Positions 50,401-59,702 of a stretch of 64,000 nucleotides of DNA are shown one piece after another. The translations under genes and the position numbers were made by a program. The stretch comes from a bacterium (GTDB lineage: Bacteria; Patescibacteriota; Minisyncoccia; Phycocordibacterales; UBA9973), in assembly GCA_037143195.1 (NCBI GenBank), contig JBAWZD010000001.1:16892-80891 (forward strand), read 5' to 3'. Each line of letters begins with the position of its first letter. Position 1 is the stretch's first letter. A model generated the notes under the pieces. The model worked only from the letters and a program-made list of their open reading frames with translations, was not told the DNA's origin and did no database searches.

Positions 50401-53400
50401 GAATAATGCGAGTAACTGGAGTTGTTTACGTGTGCCAACAACGGGCCCAAATAGTGATACGGTAACAATTCCGACTGGAAATACTGTTACTCTCGACACG
50501 AACACACCAGCAACTGGTGGTGCGCTTACCTTACTTACTATTGCGGGGACACTAAAGACAGGATCTGCTGGTGTTGATTACAATATAAATACTACGGCTT
50601 TAACCATAAGTAGTGGAGGTGTTTTGAATGCAACTTCGGCCGCTTCGGGTTCGACGATCATTATTAACGGGAGCGGGACGGGTGCAGGTCGCCCATTTCA
50701 GAATGCCGGAACATTTACGCCCGGAACTTCTACTTTTCAATATGTTACTTCAGGTACTGATATCGAGGCTACTACGTATTATAACCTTACCATCAATGGT
50801 GGATCTGGAAACGACACATTAAATGGCGATACTATTGTTACGAATAATCTTTTGGTGGGAAACGCGAGTAGTGGTGTTGCCTTTTCTACATCAGCAACTT
50901 CCAATTATCGCCTTACTGCAGGACACATCACATTAGGTCCTGTATCTGCGGGCAGTATGACCTTCGCTGCGAATGCCTCAACTATTACCCTTACTGGTGA
51001 TACCTCTTTGCCACTGTTTACCAATAGTGTCGCTGGGGGCAGTACTGCCTTCATTGCTGGAACTTCAACAATTTCTGTTACGAGTGATTATAGCGGTGTA
51101 ACTATTTTTGGAGGATTGGCCACTAACTTTTACAATATCACGTTACAGCCAAACTTTTCCGCTGCTACCTGTGCTTCTGGAACATGTAATTATTCAGTCG
51201 GGGTTTTGCCGACAGTAGCAGCAGCAGGTCTATTTGACGTAAAACCGAACGGATCGGGGCATACGTTAACAGTTGACGTAAATACTATTGCAACGAATTC
51301 AACTTTTGGCGCTTCAGCTACTGTTAAAATAGAAGGCACCGCGGGCGCTTCTGGCGTCCTGACAGGGTCCGGATGCGTGTATACTGCGAGTACGTTGCCA
51401 ACGTTTTATGGGGTGATAACAACTTTGAACGGAGCAAGTGGGTTAGGAACATCGTTTTTAGTTAATTCGTCTGCTGGCATTGTTCCGGGAGAGCCAATAC
51501 AGATTGACTCAGAAGAGATGCTTGTGAATACCGTTGTTGGTTCAACGCTTAATGTTACTCGTGGTTTGAATGGAACCTCGATTGTGAGTCATGCGACTTC
51601 TGCCATAGTTATTGAACCATATCAGCCAATGGGGACGCCGTGTTATACAAAAACAATTGATGTCGAGTCCGGAGGCACGTTTAGCGGATCTTCGACATTT
51701 TTTGAGGTCTCAAATATTTTGGTCGGGAACGGAGGACAATTCAATGCAGGTTCATCCTCATTTATTTATACAGATGGTCTTATTAGTTCGAATCAAATTC
51801 TGATTTCGAGCGGAGGTACATTTAATGCAGGAAGTAGTATTATAAATATAGGTGGAGATAATACGTTACAAAGTACTGGTACTACAAATACTTTTATAAC
51901 GAATAATGGTACATTCACCGCTGGAACTTCAACTGTCTATTTTAATATGGTAAATAATGGTTCGGCAGTTAATCAAATTTACAATGCTGGTTTGTGGACA
52001 GGCAGCAACAAGTTTTATAATCTTGCTCTGAATACGTATGTTCCAGGTACAAATAATTATCAATTGGGAGCTGATACTGAAGTTGCAAATATCGTATCAT
52101 ATGGTAGATGGGGGGCTCGATTAGATACAAATAATTTTAATTTAACTGTTGGGTATGTTGATTTTTGCCATTCTCTCGGACTGGGGGCATTTATTGTTAC
52201 GAATGCTTCGGGCACCAAAAGTGTAACGCTCAACGGTGCATCAGGAACATTGTTTAATAATGTGAATAGTGGTACTGGAGCCTTTGCAAAAACGTGTACT
52301 GGAGCATCTGCTATGACTACGACAACTGCGAATTTCGCAGTAACGAGCAATGCGAGTGTGACTATATTTGGGGTGTCTGCAATTTCATTTACAAATTTAA
52401 CCTTCGCTCCTCCTGCACTGCTAGCTGATGCAACATACACAATGGGTATTGTGCCGACACTCTCAGGTAGTTTAACAAGTAATCCATTGTCGCCGAGTGG
52501 CACCCCAACGCTCTTACTTTCTGGAGCATTAACAATTCCAGCAGCAAAAACGTTCACGGTTTCTGGAGATAGCCACACAAGTACAAAATTGTTGAGTAAT
52601 TATAGTGTGGGGCTCGTCTCAATTGCGTCAACTGGTATTCTTCTGGCAAATACTACAACATTGACGATAACAGGTACATCTGGAACTTTATTTGCAAACA
52701 GTGGAACATTTACGCCTGGGACTTCGACTGTGACGTTTGGTGGAGCGAGTGTAAGCGCAACTTTGGACTCGGGCAACTTTGCTATTAGTGGTACCTCAAC
52801 AAATAACTTTTACAACCTCACGATAACTGGCACAGGTACATTTACCCTTGGTGCGCCAACTGAAGTGACCGGTACTTCTGGTATTTCTCTTCCAGCGAAC
52901 GTAACACTTGATGCTTCGTCTTCGGCATGTTCAGGTTTAAGTTGTAACATTACGGCAGCAACTATTTTTATTACAAGTAATGCTGGTTCAATATTCAACG
53001 CAAGAAATGCAACTATCAAGTTGACTGGTACCGGAACTCCTGCAACACTCTTCACACGCGGTTCCGCAGGAGTGTTTACTGCGGGTACTTCGACGGTCCA
53101 AGTCATGACTCCGTCAGGAGTGGCACGTTTCCTCTCTGGTGCGGGAACGGTATTTTATAACGTGACGATCGGGGATGCCGGAGTCAGTGCCACTGTTGTA
53201 AATGCGGGAGACAACTTCACTATTGCGAGTGGAGGTACATTTTACTTGAAGAATGGCAGTTTTGATCTCGACGGTTCTACAGTTGCTGTGATTACGGCAT
53301 CGTCATCGACGACCATGCGCATGGATTCTGGTACGCTCTTTTGTATTGGAGGTACGACTGGTGCCTCGGCGCTCGCCGATTGTACCGGAGGTGTGGCTTC

Positions 53401-54169
53401 GACTGGTGCACTCGCATCTGCTCCAGCATTCACGACATTTACCTTTGCTTCAGGTTCAACAATCAAATACTTGAATGCTGCAGCCCAGACTGTTTTCACT
53501 GCATTCCCATACGTTAACCTTACGGTTGCACCGATAGTGGCAGCAGCTACGACATATGCAATGACGGCTGCATCGATGACGGTGAACGGCAATCTTACGG
53601 TCAATCCGACAGGATCTGCGTTTGCGTTTGTGTGGAATATGTCTGGTTCGATTGCGATTACCCCGCAGGATGGTACGACAAGCGCAGTAAACGAAATGCT
53701 GATTAAAAAATCAGGCTCAGTCACATCTGTTACGGTAAACACGAACAATAATACAATTACGACAGGTACGATGGATATCGAGTCGGGCGCGACACTTAGC
53801 GCTGGTTCGTCCAATATTACAGTGCCGGGCAACTGGATTTGTAACGGGACGTTCACTTCAGGTACTTCAAGCGTTCTCTTGAGTAACACGATCACCACAC
53901 TTCCATCATCAACACTCACTACCGTTGGGGGAATCAACAGTGCCGTTCTCTCATTTTCTGTCGCATCCGGGACCGGCATTGTCGCGGGGGAAACGATTCA
54001 GATTGATAACGAAATGATGCAGGTGACAGCAGTCAGTGGAACGACAGTTACCGTCGCGGCTCGTGGAGCAAACGGCACGGCAGCTATCAGTCACTCAGCC
54101 GGAGCGACGGTGCTAGTCATTGTCGGCGTTGTATCAGGAACAACGTCATTCGCAAACTTGATCATCTAA
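47468..54169 (+). CDS. Giant (2233 aa) cell-surface protein: N-terminal anchor, Thr/Pro mucin-like repeats, and a long array of predicted parallel beta-helix-like Gly/Thr/Ser/Asn-rich repeats
   Basis: A single uninterrupted ORF. Signal-anchor helix (ISVIGLVVVLVTSSIIF). The recurrent motif F.NAGTFT.GTSTV appears at least five times. A duplicated ~45-aa module GE.IQID.E.M.V...G.T..V.RG.NGT..SH..A occurs near aa 1360 and at the C-terminus. Confidence 0.8.
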   Translation: MDWLSDFASRIQEKLDKYTREFFVVTTHFLNRITKRLGSSFTFTKEKTRISVIGLVVVLVTSSIIFAPHSSATVSDFYPGTCSGGWLNPQNATGLPSLDGVQPANSYTEKNSAVLNNSHSDIVCNNFAGNIPSGTNPKTFTVKFHWSIDDGSVAHDGVSTPTPATTTDVISAPATTSQSPSDTTTATQTPTDTKTTTDTTIPASTITTPTPTPTSDTTTTPPATPVITPDATPVVPATPVLTAPTTSSDTQPAADTTIPTTTPAATTATTDQPKTVASAFKKTLATLDALVTDALSAGDTTMFHSPSDMFVVRYSVDGTNWNDIGTVNAANWQTATFTISGPDIAGWSDLSKLHVGLFSLSPDGTQPVVYIDAVEVDVDYADASTSVIVPTVKVVDPSISIVAPQKDNFTLDEAPVFSITNPNLSTAQILHLVQNDKAVVVDDHLGVFSETAPKTIPTQPPTSQTDTGPTSSTLTAPAQSPSDTTTATQTPTDTKATADTKVPTDTKTTTDTTIPASTITTPEPTPTPTPTSDTTTTPPATPVITPDATPVVPATPVLTAPSETTSAQTVTPAPVSAPVQPVSDLNSAISTSTADSSNLGAFAVGALGSDITGVQAFQKVDFKHLFANTVLRYYSMMRQVFRMSFANALLALAGDTASSPIDAVVLDASGNQTTIAVTVQHVVVNGVGQDQVVVSKPDNMFRPGKYTLQVTLHTPDVNIISEQDFSWGVLAINVDRSVYHAGDTAYVQMGVIDDFGHTICDADMTLVITSPFGVDQTYTTSDGTVVREPQCGPDNYIHVPDYYAHPHIGSEEGVYHMTLTANTRNGIRTVHDAFTVSSDIPFDVVRSGPTRVYPADKYPAEMQITSPVDWQGTIVDTLPSSFEVSALDGVALYDTVTTTGDTTTVTWNVSLVAGKTTTIGYSFLPPPISPEFYLLGPLTFYNKGDDSTTAIPVFKEMRRWQIADDSSCTYIGPAIGFWNNASNWSCLRVPTTGPNSDTVTIPTGNTVTLDTNTPATGGALTLLTIAGTLKTGSAGVDYNINTTALTISSGGVLNATSAASGSTIIINGSGTGAGRPFQNAGTFTPGTSTFQYVTSGTDIEATTYYNLTINGGSGNDTLNGDTIVTNNLLVGNASSGVAFSTSATSNYRLTAGHITLGPVSAGSMTFAANASTITLTGDTSLPLFTNSVAGGSTAFIAGTSTISVTSDYSGVTIFGGLATNFYNITLQPNFSAATCASGTCNYSVGVLPTVAAAGLFDVKPNGSGHTLTVDVNTIATNSTFGASATVKIEGTAGASGVLTGSGCVYTASTLPTFYGVITTLNGASGLGTSFLVNSSAGIVPGEPIQIDSEEMLVNTVVGSTLNVTRGLNGTSIVSHATSAIVIEPYQPMGTPCYTKTIDVESGGTFSGSSTFFEVSNILVGNGGQFNAGSSSFIYTDGLISSNQILISSGGTFNAGSSIINIGGDNTLQSTGTTNTFITNNGTFTAGTSTVYFNMVNNGSAVNQIYNAGLWTGSNKFYNLALNTYVPGTNNYQLGADTEVANIVSYGRWGARLDTNNFNLTVGYVDFCHSLGLGAFIVTNASGTKSVTLNGASGTLFNNVNSGTGAFAKTCTGASAMTTTTANFAVTSNASVTIFGVSAISFTNLTFAPPALLADATYTMGIVPTLSGSLTSNPLSPSGTPTLLLSGALTIPAAKTFTVSGDSHTSTKLLSNYSVGLVSIASTGILLANTTTLTITGTSGTLFANSGTFTPGTSTVTFGGASVSATLDSGNFAISGTSTNNFYNLTITGTGTFTLGAPTEVTGTSGISLPANVTLDASSSACSGLSCNITAATIFITSNAGSIFNARNATIKLTGTGTPATLFTRGSAGVFTAGTSTVQVMTPSGVARFLSGAGTVFYNVTIGDAGVSATVVNAGDNFTIASGGTFYLKNGSFDLDGSTVAVITASSSTTMRMDSGTLFCIGGTTGASALADCTGGVASTGALASAPAFTTFTFASGSTIKYLNAAAQTVFTAFPYVNLTVAPIVAAATTYAMTAASMTVNGNLTVNPTGSAFAFVWNMSGSIAITPQDGTTSAVNEMLIKKSGSVTSVTVNTNNNTITTGTMDIESGATLSAGSSNITVPGNWICNGTFTSGTSSVLLSNTITTLPSSTLTTVGGINSAVLSFSVASGTGIVAGETIQIDNEMMQVTAVSGTTVTVAARGANGTAAISHSAGATVLVIVGVVSGTTSFANLII
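48003..48200 (+). repeat. Copy 1 of a ~200-bp near-identical intragenic direct repeat (copy 2 at 48906-49150 carries two short in-frame insertions)
   Basis: DNA-level identity read directly: ...accaagcgacaccaccacagctacacaaactccaaccgatacaaaa... ...ccggtagttccagcaactccggtacttactgcgcca. It encodes QSPSDTTTATQTPTDTK...TPVLTAP twice. Confidence 0.85.
48906..49150 (+). repeat. Copy 2 of the intragenic direct repeat
   Basis: See copy 1. Confidence 0.85.
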
Positions 54170-54173
54170 AAGT

Positions 54174-56114
54174 ATGGTACTATTTTCACACACATCTATG
54201 TTTGGAAAAAAAATACAAAAAATTACTTTTTCAATCATCATTCTCTCCTTGTTGCTTGGGTTTTTTCCGAGTGACACATACGCGCTCGTTGCACTTTGGA
54301 CTGCGTCGCCAATTGCTACATCTACGGGAACAAAGACTGCTATTGCAACATCGGCAGATGGAACAAAACTTCTTGCGGGAGAAGGAGGTGGAACGAACGG
54401 AAAATTGTGGCTCTCGACGAACAGCGGTGTTTCGTGGACAGCACTGAGTACTGCGAGTTCGGGAATGGCGAATGGCAACTGGTTTGCGACTGCTATTTCT
54501 AACGATGGCCGAACAATGGCCGCTATTGATACAAATTCCGAAGGTACAACAATTGGACACGTTTGGACCTCTGTTGATGGAGGGACGACCATGGTAAAAC
54601 AAAATGGTACGAATGCCCCGTACGCTGCTCTGCTCGGCTTGGCTATGGCTGTAAGTGGATCCACAATCACAATAGTTGCGAGTGGAAGTAACGCTGATTA
54701 TTTATACACAGGGACTTGTTCAACCTCGTGCGGACTTACAACGAACTGGACTTGGACCAAATTAACATCTGCTGGTTCGGGAACATGGCGTGGAGTAACG
54801 ATAGATTCGACAGGGACAAAAATAGCAGGTGTTTTGAACGGTGGGTATATCTGGACAGGTACGTATAGCGGTTCGTGGACGATGACTCAACAAACCGGAG
54901 CCGGTTCACATACGTGGCTTGGAATTGCTTCGTCGCAAGATGGGAGCAGACTTGCTGCGACTATGAGTGGTGGCGATATTTGGACAGCGCAAGCACTCGG
55001 TACAGGCGCCTGTACTAGTAGTGCTACAGGGTATTGTTGGACTGACCAAACAGGATCAGGATCGAGCGCTTGGTACCAAATTGCGTCGTCAGCTGATGGT
55101 ACCAAGTTGCTTGCAGCTTCTTCGTTCTCAGGATCATCAAGTGTGTATGTCTCAAGTGATAGCGGGGTAACATGGGTTGCGCAACCTTCTGCGGGTAGTC
55201 GACCATGGCGCCAACTTGCGATGTCGTCTACTGGTCAATATATGTATGGTGCGGATTTGAACACATCAACAAACGGGATGATCGTTTCAGGGTACTCTCC
55301 GCAATTTTCTAAGCTAGTCCAATTTAGTGGAAGTGTTACTACTTCAAACTCATTTTCGGTAACTGGATACAGTGGAGGACTCATCAAACTTTATTCAACC
55401 AAGCCTGGTACTACGTGGTCGCTTACTCCCGCATTGACGGCGAATAATTCTGTTTCTTTTGCTGATGTGCAAGACAGTAGTTGCTCGGGCGCATCGAGCA
55501 CGAAAGTGATCAATGCGGCTTCGAGTACAGACGATGGACGCAATTCGTTGATTGGTACCGGCGGATGTTGGAATTTCACTCAGCCATATTTGAACTTTTC
55601 AATTTCAGCGACGGCGGTAGATTTTGGAGCTCTCCCAATCGGCACTGCTCGGTATGCAACTGGGAACGCACTTTTGGGAGGATCTCCCACCGATGTTGCC
55701 GCTCATCAGATTACAATTGCCACAAGTGGATCGGGTGGTTTCAATTTGTATGCGCAAGGACCATCGCTTACTTCTAGTACCCACACAATGCATTCGATTG
55801 GCGGAGTAAATACAAACATTTCCTCGTTTACGCCGACAACAGAAGAATTCGGAATTCGTCTTGTGAGAACGTCGGGGCCGGGTACTGTTGCAGGCGATAC
55901 ATTGCTCGTTCCGCCAACTGCGTATGATTATGGTGGAAATGGGTCAGGATATACTTATAACGGAGATGTTACAACTCCTGTTATCGCGACATATCGCGGA
56001 AGTTTGTTGACGACGACGGTATATGACGTACATTATGTTGCCTACGCGGTGGGTACGACGCCGTTGGGGAATTATTCGACCAATATTACCTATCTTGCAG
56101 TCGGAAACTTTTAG
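54174..56114 (+). CDS. Secreted BNR/Asp-box beta-propeller-like protein with a C-terminal WxL-like (Y-x-L variant) surface domain; the start is probably the Met at 54198
   Basis: Signal peptide (KITFSIIILSLLLGFF). Repeated S-x-D-G-x-T-W Asp-box motifs (STNSGVSWTAL, TSVDGGTTM, SSDSGVTWVA). The C-terminal ~180 aa are homologous to the C-terminus of the next protein and end NITYLAVGNF. Confidence 0.65.
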   Translation: MVLFSHTSMFGKKIQKITFSIIILSLLLGFFPSDTYALVALWTASPIATSTGTKTAIATSADGTKLLAGEGGGTNGKLWLSTNSGVSWTALSTASSGMANGNWFATAISNDGRTMAAIDTNSEGTTIGHVWTSVDGGTTMVKQNGTNAPYAALLGLAMAVSGSTITIVASGSNADYLYTGTCSTSCGLTTNWTWTKLTSAGSGTWRGVTIDSTGTKIAGVLNGGYIWTGTYSGSWTMTQQTGAGSHTWLGIASSQDGSRLAATMSGGDIWTAQALGTGACTSSATGYCWTDQTGSGSSAWYQIASSADGTKLLAASSFSGSSSVYVSSDSGVTWVAQPSAGSRPWRQLAMSSTGQYMYGADLNTSTNGMIVSGYSPQFSKLVQFSGSVTTSNSFSVTGYSGGLIKLYSTKPGTTWSLTPALTANNSVSFADVQDSSCSGASSTKVINAASSTDDGRNSLIGTGGCWNFTQPYLNFSISATAVDFGALPIGTARYATGNALLGGSPTDVAAHQITIATSGSGGFNLYAQGPSLTSSTHTMHSIGGVNTNISSFTPTTEEFGIRLVRTSGPGTVAGDTLLVPPTAYDYGGNGSGYTYNGDVTTPVIATYRGSLLTTTVYDVHYVAYAVGTTPLGNYSTNITYLAVGNF

Positions 56115-56177
56115 GTATGACGCACAATGTTGCATTTTTTTGGGAGAATTGTGCTATAATAACTGCGTAAAATTAAT

Positions 56178-57332
56178 ATGAAAAAAAATAGTATGATTAA
56201 GAATAAATTTTTGCGATTTTTGTCGCCACTCATGTCGTTCGTGCTTGTTCTTGCAACGGCAGGGTTGTTCAATGTCTCTATAGTGAGAGCTGCCTCTTTG
56301 ACTCTCTTGTCAGATACCCTTACGGATGAGACGACGGGGGCTCCGACAAATAATGATATTCTTTTTACGACAAGTTCTACCATTCCTACCAATGGCACAA
56401 TCACACTTTCATTTAGTGCCGGTAGCGTTACTTCAGGAATCACAACTTCGGATGTGTTTTTGTCAGTAGGTGGTGGCGCAAACGTTGCGCAAGTCGGATC
56501 TGCTACTTCATCTCTGTGGGGATTCGCTCGAACAAGTGCAACTCTCATTACGATTACAGCGCCAACAAGTGGCTCAACTTCTGCGAGTGCAATCGAAATT
56601 AAACTTTTGAACAATAAATTTACGAATGGTGCTGCTGGAACGACTTTGTTGACTATCACTACGACAAACGCAGCATTTGCAACTTTGGATACTGGGGTGA
56701 TAGCGATTCCAATTTTGTCACCAACCACAACAGGTGATCAGGTTGCAGTTACAGCTACAGTGAATCCTACGATTAGTTTTTCACTTGATTCAAACTCAGT
56801 TGATTTCGGACCTCTGACACCTGGTACGGGCAAGTGGGCAACATCACCATCAGGATCTGGAGGCTCAGGAAGTGATGTCGCGGCTACGAACATGACGATT
56901 TCGACGAATGCTGCACATGGGTACACGCTTACATATACTGCGGCCGCTCCACTTACTTCAGGATCAAATACGATTCCAGCGACAACGCTTTGTAATACAC
57001 TGACGACGACAGGAGGCACATCAACATCGCAGTTTGCGATGAGTGAGGTAGTTACTGGTTCTGGAACACCGGTAACTAGTTACAACCATGCGAATGCATC
57101 AGCCACAACTCTTTCGGGAAGTAGCGGTACGTCAGGAGCAACTTGTACCGGTACAGGAGGAACTCGTCCGAATTGGAACTTTGTTTCGGGTACAACGACG
57201 CCGATAGTCACAGCTACATCTGCTGTTGCGGGTGATACGGTAGCGATGCACTATATGGCAAACGTATCCGGCACTCAGGCCCCAGGTACCTATAACCTTA
57301 CTATCACTTATCTTTTAACGGGTAATTTTTAA
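56178..57332 (+). CDS. Secreted surface protein with a C-terminal WxL-like (Y-x-L variant) domain
   Basis: Signal peptide. The C-terminal domain ISFSLDSNSVDFGPLTPGTGKWATSP...GTYNLTITYLLTGNF is paralogous to the C-terminus of the 54174 protein. Confidence 0.65.
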   Translation: MKKNSMIKNKFLRFLSPLMSFVLVLATAGLFNVSIVRAASLTLLSDTLTDETTGAPTNNDILFTTSSTIPTNGTITLSFSAGSVTSGITTSDVFLSVGGGANVAQVGSATSSLWGFARTSATLITITAPTSGSTSASAIEIKLLNNKFTNGAAGTTLLTITTTNAAFATLDTGVIAIPILSPTTTGDQVAVTATVNPTISFSLDSNSVDFGPLTPGTGKWATSPSGSGGSGSDVAATNMTISTNAAHGYTLTYTAAAPLTSGSNTIPATTLCNTLTTTGGTSTSQFAMSEVVTGSGTPVTSYNHANASATTLSGSSGTSGATCTGTGGTRPNWNFVSGTTTPIVTATSAVAGDTVAMHYMANVSGTQAPGTYNLTITYLLTGNF

Positions 57333-57337
57333 TTCTT

Positions 57338-58399
57338 ATGAAAATAAAGACACTCCAAGGTGTGATGTTTGCTGTGTTGCTTGCGTTTGGTTTTGTATCT
57401 CCACAAATAACTCACGCGCTTACCATAACTCCTTCACGCCTTGAATTGAGTGGAGATCCGGGTACGACTGTCACTGAAAAAATGACAGTGGTCAACGATC
57501 AAAACGTTCTTGGAACATACTATTCTTCCTACGCGAACTTCGAAGCCGAGGGGGATACAGGAACCCCAGCGCTTGTTGAAGCCAAAGATGATCTTGGGAC
57601 GTGGATGAGTACTCCAGATTCTATTGTGGTAGCACCAGGTGGATCAAAGGAAGTTGTAATAAAAATTGCAATTCCTAAGAATGCTACACCGGGAGGTCAC
57701 TTCGCGGCCATTTTTTGGGGAACTCAGCCAACAAAGAATGCAAATAAAAATATAGGTATTGGTGCAAAGACTGGCATGCTCGTTTTGCTCACTGTAAATG
57801 GAAATATTCCAGAGCAGGGAGGTGTGACCGAGTTTGATACCATCGGAAGCACTCATTACTTCAACGCACTGCCGATTCCTTTTTACTACCGTTTCCAAAA
57901 TGGAGGAGGTGATCGCATCAATCCAAGTGGTGACATTCTTATGAAGGATATGCTTGGGCTTACAGGAGCAAAAGTTCCTGGTAATCCAGTTGATGGAAAT
58001 ATTCTTCCACTCAGTACTCGCAAATTTACAACAACATGGTCAGGTGGTGCAGGGGAAGAAGGTAAGCTTCCAAAAGGATTCTTTGCCGCTGCAAATTATG
58101 AGTTACACAACTTTGCACTTGGACGTTACACTGCTCACCTCAAACTCACATATGGCTCGAAGGGGGTAGTGACTGATTCAGTCGTTCATTTTGTTGTGTG
58201 GCCATGGCATCTCGTCGTGTTTGTTCTCATCCTCGCATTTGTTATCTTCCTCGTTGTTCGCTACGCAGTACTCCATGGAGAAAAATGGGTAGTCAACAAA
58301 GCTGAGAAAATGCTTGAGAAAGACGAAGAAGCAAAAATCGAAGAACGAGTTGAAGAAAAATTGAAAGAAATCGAAAAGGAGAAAGAAACAAAGCAGTAA
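57338..58399 (+). CDS. DUF916-like (CscA-like) cell-surface protein with a C-terminal TM anchor and a charged tail
   Basis: Signal peptide; an N-terminal domain (ITPSRLELSGDPGTTVTEKMTVVND..., IKIAIPKNATPGGHFAAIFWG) resembling DUF916; a C-terminal TM helix (HLVVFVLILAFVIFLVV) plus a KE-rich tail. Confidence 0.55.
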   Translation: MKIKTLQGVMFAVLLAFGFVSPQITHALTITPSRLELSGDPGTTVTEKMTVVNDQNVLGTYYSSYANFEAEGDTGTPALVEAKDDLGTWMSTPDSIVVAPGGSKEVVIKIAIPKNATPGGHFAAIFWGTQPTKNANKNIGIGAKTGMLVLLTVNGNIPEQGGVTEFDTIGSTHYFNALPIPFYYRFQNGGGDRINPSGDILMKDMLGLTGAKVPGNPVDGNILPLSTRKFTTTWSGGAGEEGKLPKGFFAAANYELHNFALGRYTAHLKLTYGSKGVVTDSVVHFVVWPWHLVVFVLILAFVIFLVVRYAVLHGEKWVVNKAEKMLEKDEEAKIEERVEEKLKEIEKEKETKQ

Positions 58400-58462
58400 A
58401 AACCAAAACCGCCACCCGATAGGGTGGCGGTTTTGGTTTGAATGCGTTAAAATATATCTGTT

Positions 58463-59698
58463 GTGAAGCACTCAATTTTCCCAAAAAAAATCAGACGAGC
58501 GTTTAGTATTCTTTTTGTCTGTACGTTTGTGCTTGGATTACTTCCTCAAACTTCTTTTGCTACTCCATCACCAATTTCAGATGGCGTTACGATTTCTGCT
58601 CAGGTCGTAAGTGTCGGTTCAGTTGTTCCTCCGACGGTCACTACAGATCATCCATTGGTGACTGTGAGCGACAACGGGGCGACGTTGCTCGGAACACTCT
58701 CCGACGGTGGAGATTCTGCTGTGACAACCGAAGGATTTGAATATGGACTCGCGTCGCCTTCATATGGAACGACAACGACTTCAACATCAGTTGGTTTTGG
58801 TAATGGACAATTCAACGCGATCATAACGGGTCTCGTATGTGGCACGACGTATCACTATCGTGCGTATGCAGAAAACGGTGCCGGTCGTGCATACGGAACA
58901 GACCAAACATTTACAACGAATGATTGTTCTGTGAATGTACTTCCAGTCACTTCCCCGGGGAATGGAGGAATACTTACTGCGTCGGCGGTAAACTTTTCTG
59001 GCTTTGCATACCCAGGAGCGACAGTGACAATCCTGCGTGACGGCGTAATTGTTTCAAATGTTCTTGCGGATTCATCCGGAGCGTTTCTGTCGCCGGTGTC
59101 GGGAATTCAAGCAGGTTCATATGTTTTTTCTATCTATGCAAAAGATCAGAATGGTGTTGTGTCAGCGTCCACGACATTTCCATTTGTCTTGAATGGAAAA
59201 TCAGTCGTGAATATTACCAACATATTGGTTGCTCCGACAATATCAGCAGACAAGACGATTGTGCAGTCAGGCGACACACTCACTGTTTCCGGTTTCGCTA
59301 CTCCGTACGCAAAAGTTGCAATCACGAGTAAACAATTGACCACCGTGTACGACGCTATCGCTGATGCTGGTGGCCGATATCAATATCAGATTGATGCATC
59401 AGCGCTCGCAACTGGTGCCTACACCATGCACGCCATTGATATTGTTGCGGGGCAGAGTAGTCCTATCAGTAAAGGTATTCTCTTTTTGATGGGCCTCTCG
59501 ACGACCAAAGTAAAAGAGACCAATCTCGGATGCGCAGGCGGTGATTTAAATGGAGATGGCAAAGTGGACATCATCGATTATTCAATCATGAAATATTGGT
59601 ACAAAAAACCAAATCCACCAGCATGTGTTGATCTCTCTGGCGATGGAGCGATCAACTTGAAAGATTTTAGTATCCTCGCTTCTGATTGGACAGGATAA
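58463..59698 (+). CDS. Secreted multi-Ig/FN3-like protein with a C-terminal dockerin-type duplicated calcium-binding module
   Basis: Signal peptide. The C-terminus carries DLNGDGKVDIIDYSIM ... DLSGDGAINLKDFSIL, two dockerin-like Ca-binding loops. Confidence 0.65.
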   Translation: MKHSIFPKKIRRAFSILFVCTFVLGLLPQTSFATPSPISDGVTISAQVVSVGSVVPPTVTTDHPLVTVSDNGATLLGTLSDGGDSAVTTEGFEYGLASPSYGTTTTSTSVGFGNGQFNAIITGLVCGTTYHYRAYAENGAGRAYGTDQTFTTNDCSVNVLPVTSPGNGGILTASAVNFSGFAYPGATVTILRDGVIVSNVLADSSGAFLSPVSGIQAGSYVFSIYAKDQNGVVSASTTFPFVLNGKSVVNITNILVAPTISADKTIVQSGDTLTVSGFATPYAKVAITSKQLTTVYDAIADAGGRYQYQIDASALATGAYTMHAIDIVAGQSSPISKGILFLMGLSTTKVKETNLGCAGGDLNGDGKVDIIDYSIMKYWYKKPNPPACVDLSGDGAINLKDFSILASDWTG

Positions 59699-59702
59699 TT
59701 GT

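Noticed and set aside
52060-53979. Minus-strand ORFs of 172 and 245 aa
   Set aside because: Antisense to the low-complexity giant gene. Repetitive GC-skewed codons generate long spurious frames.
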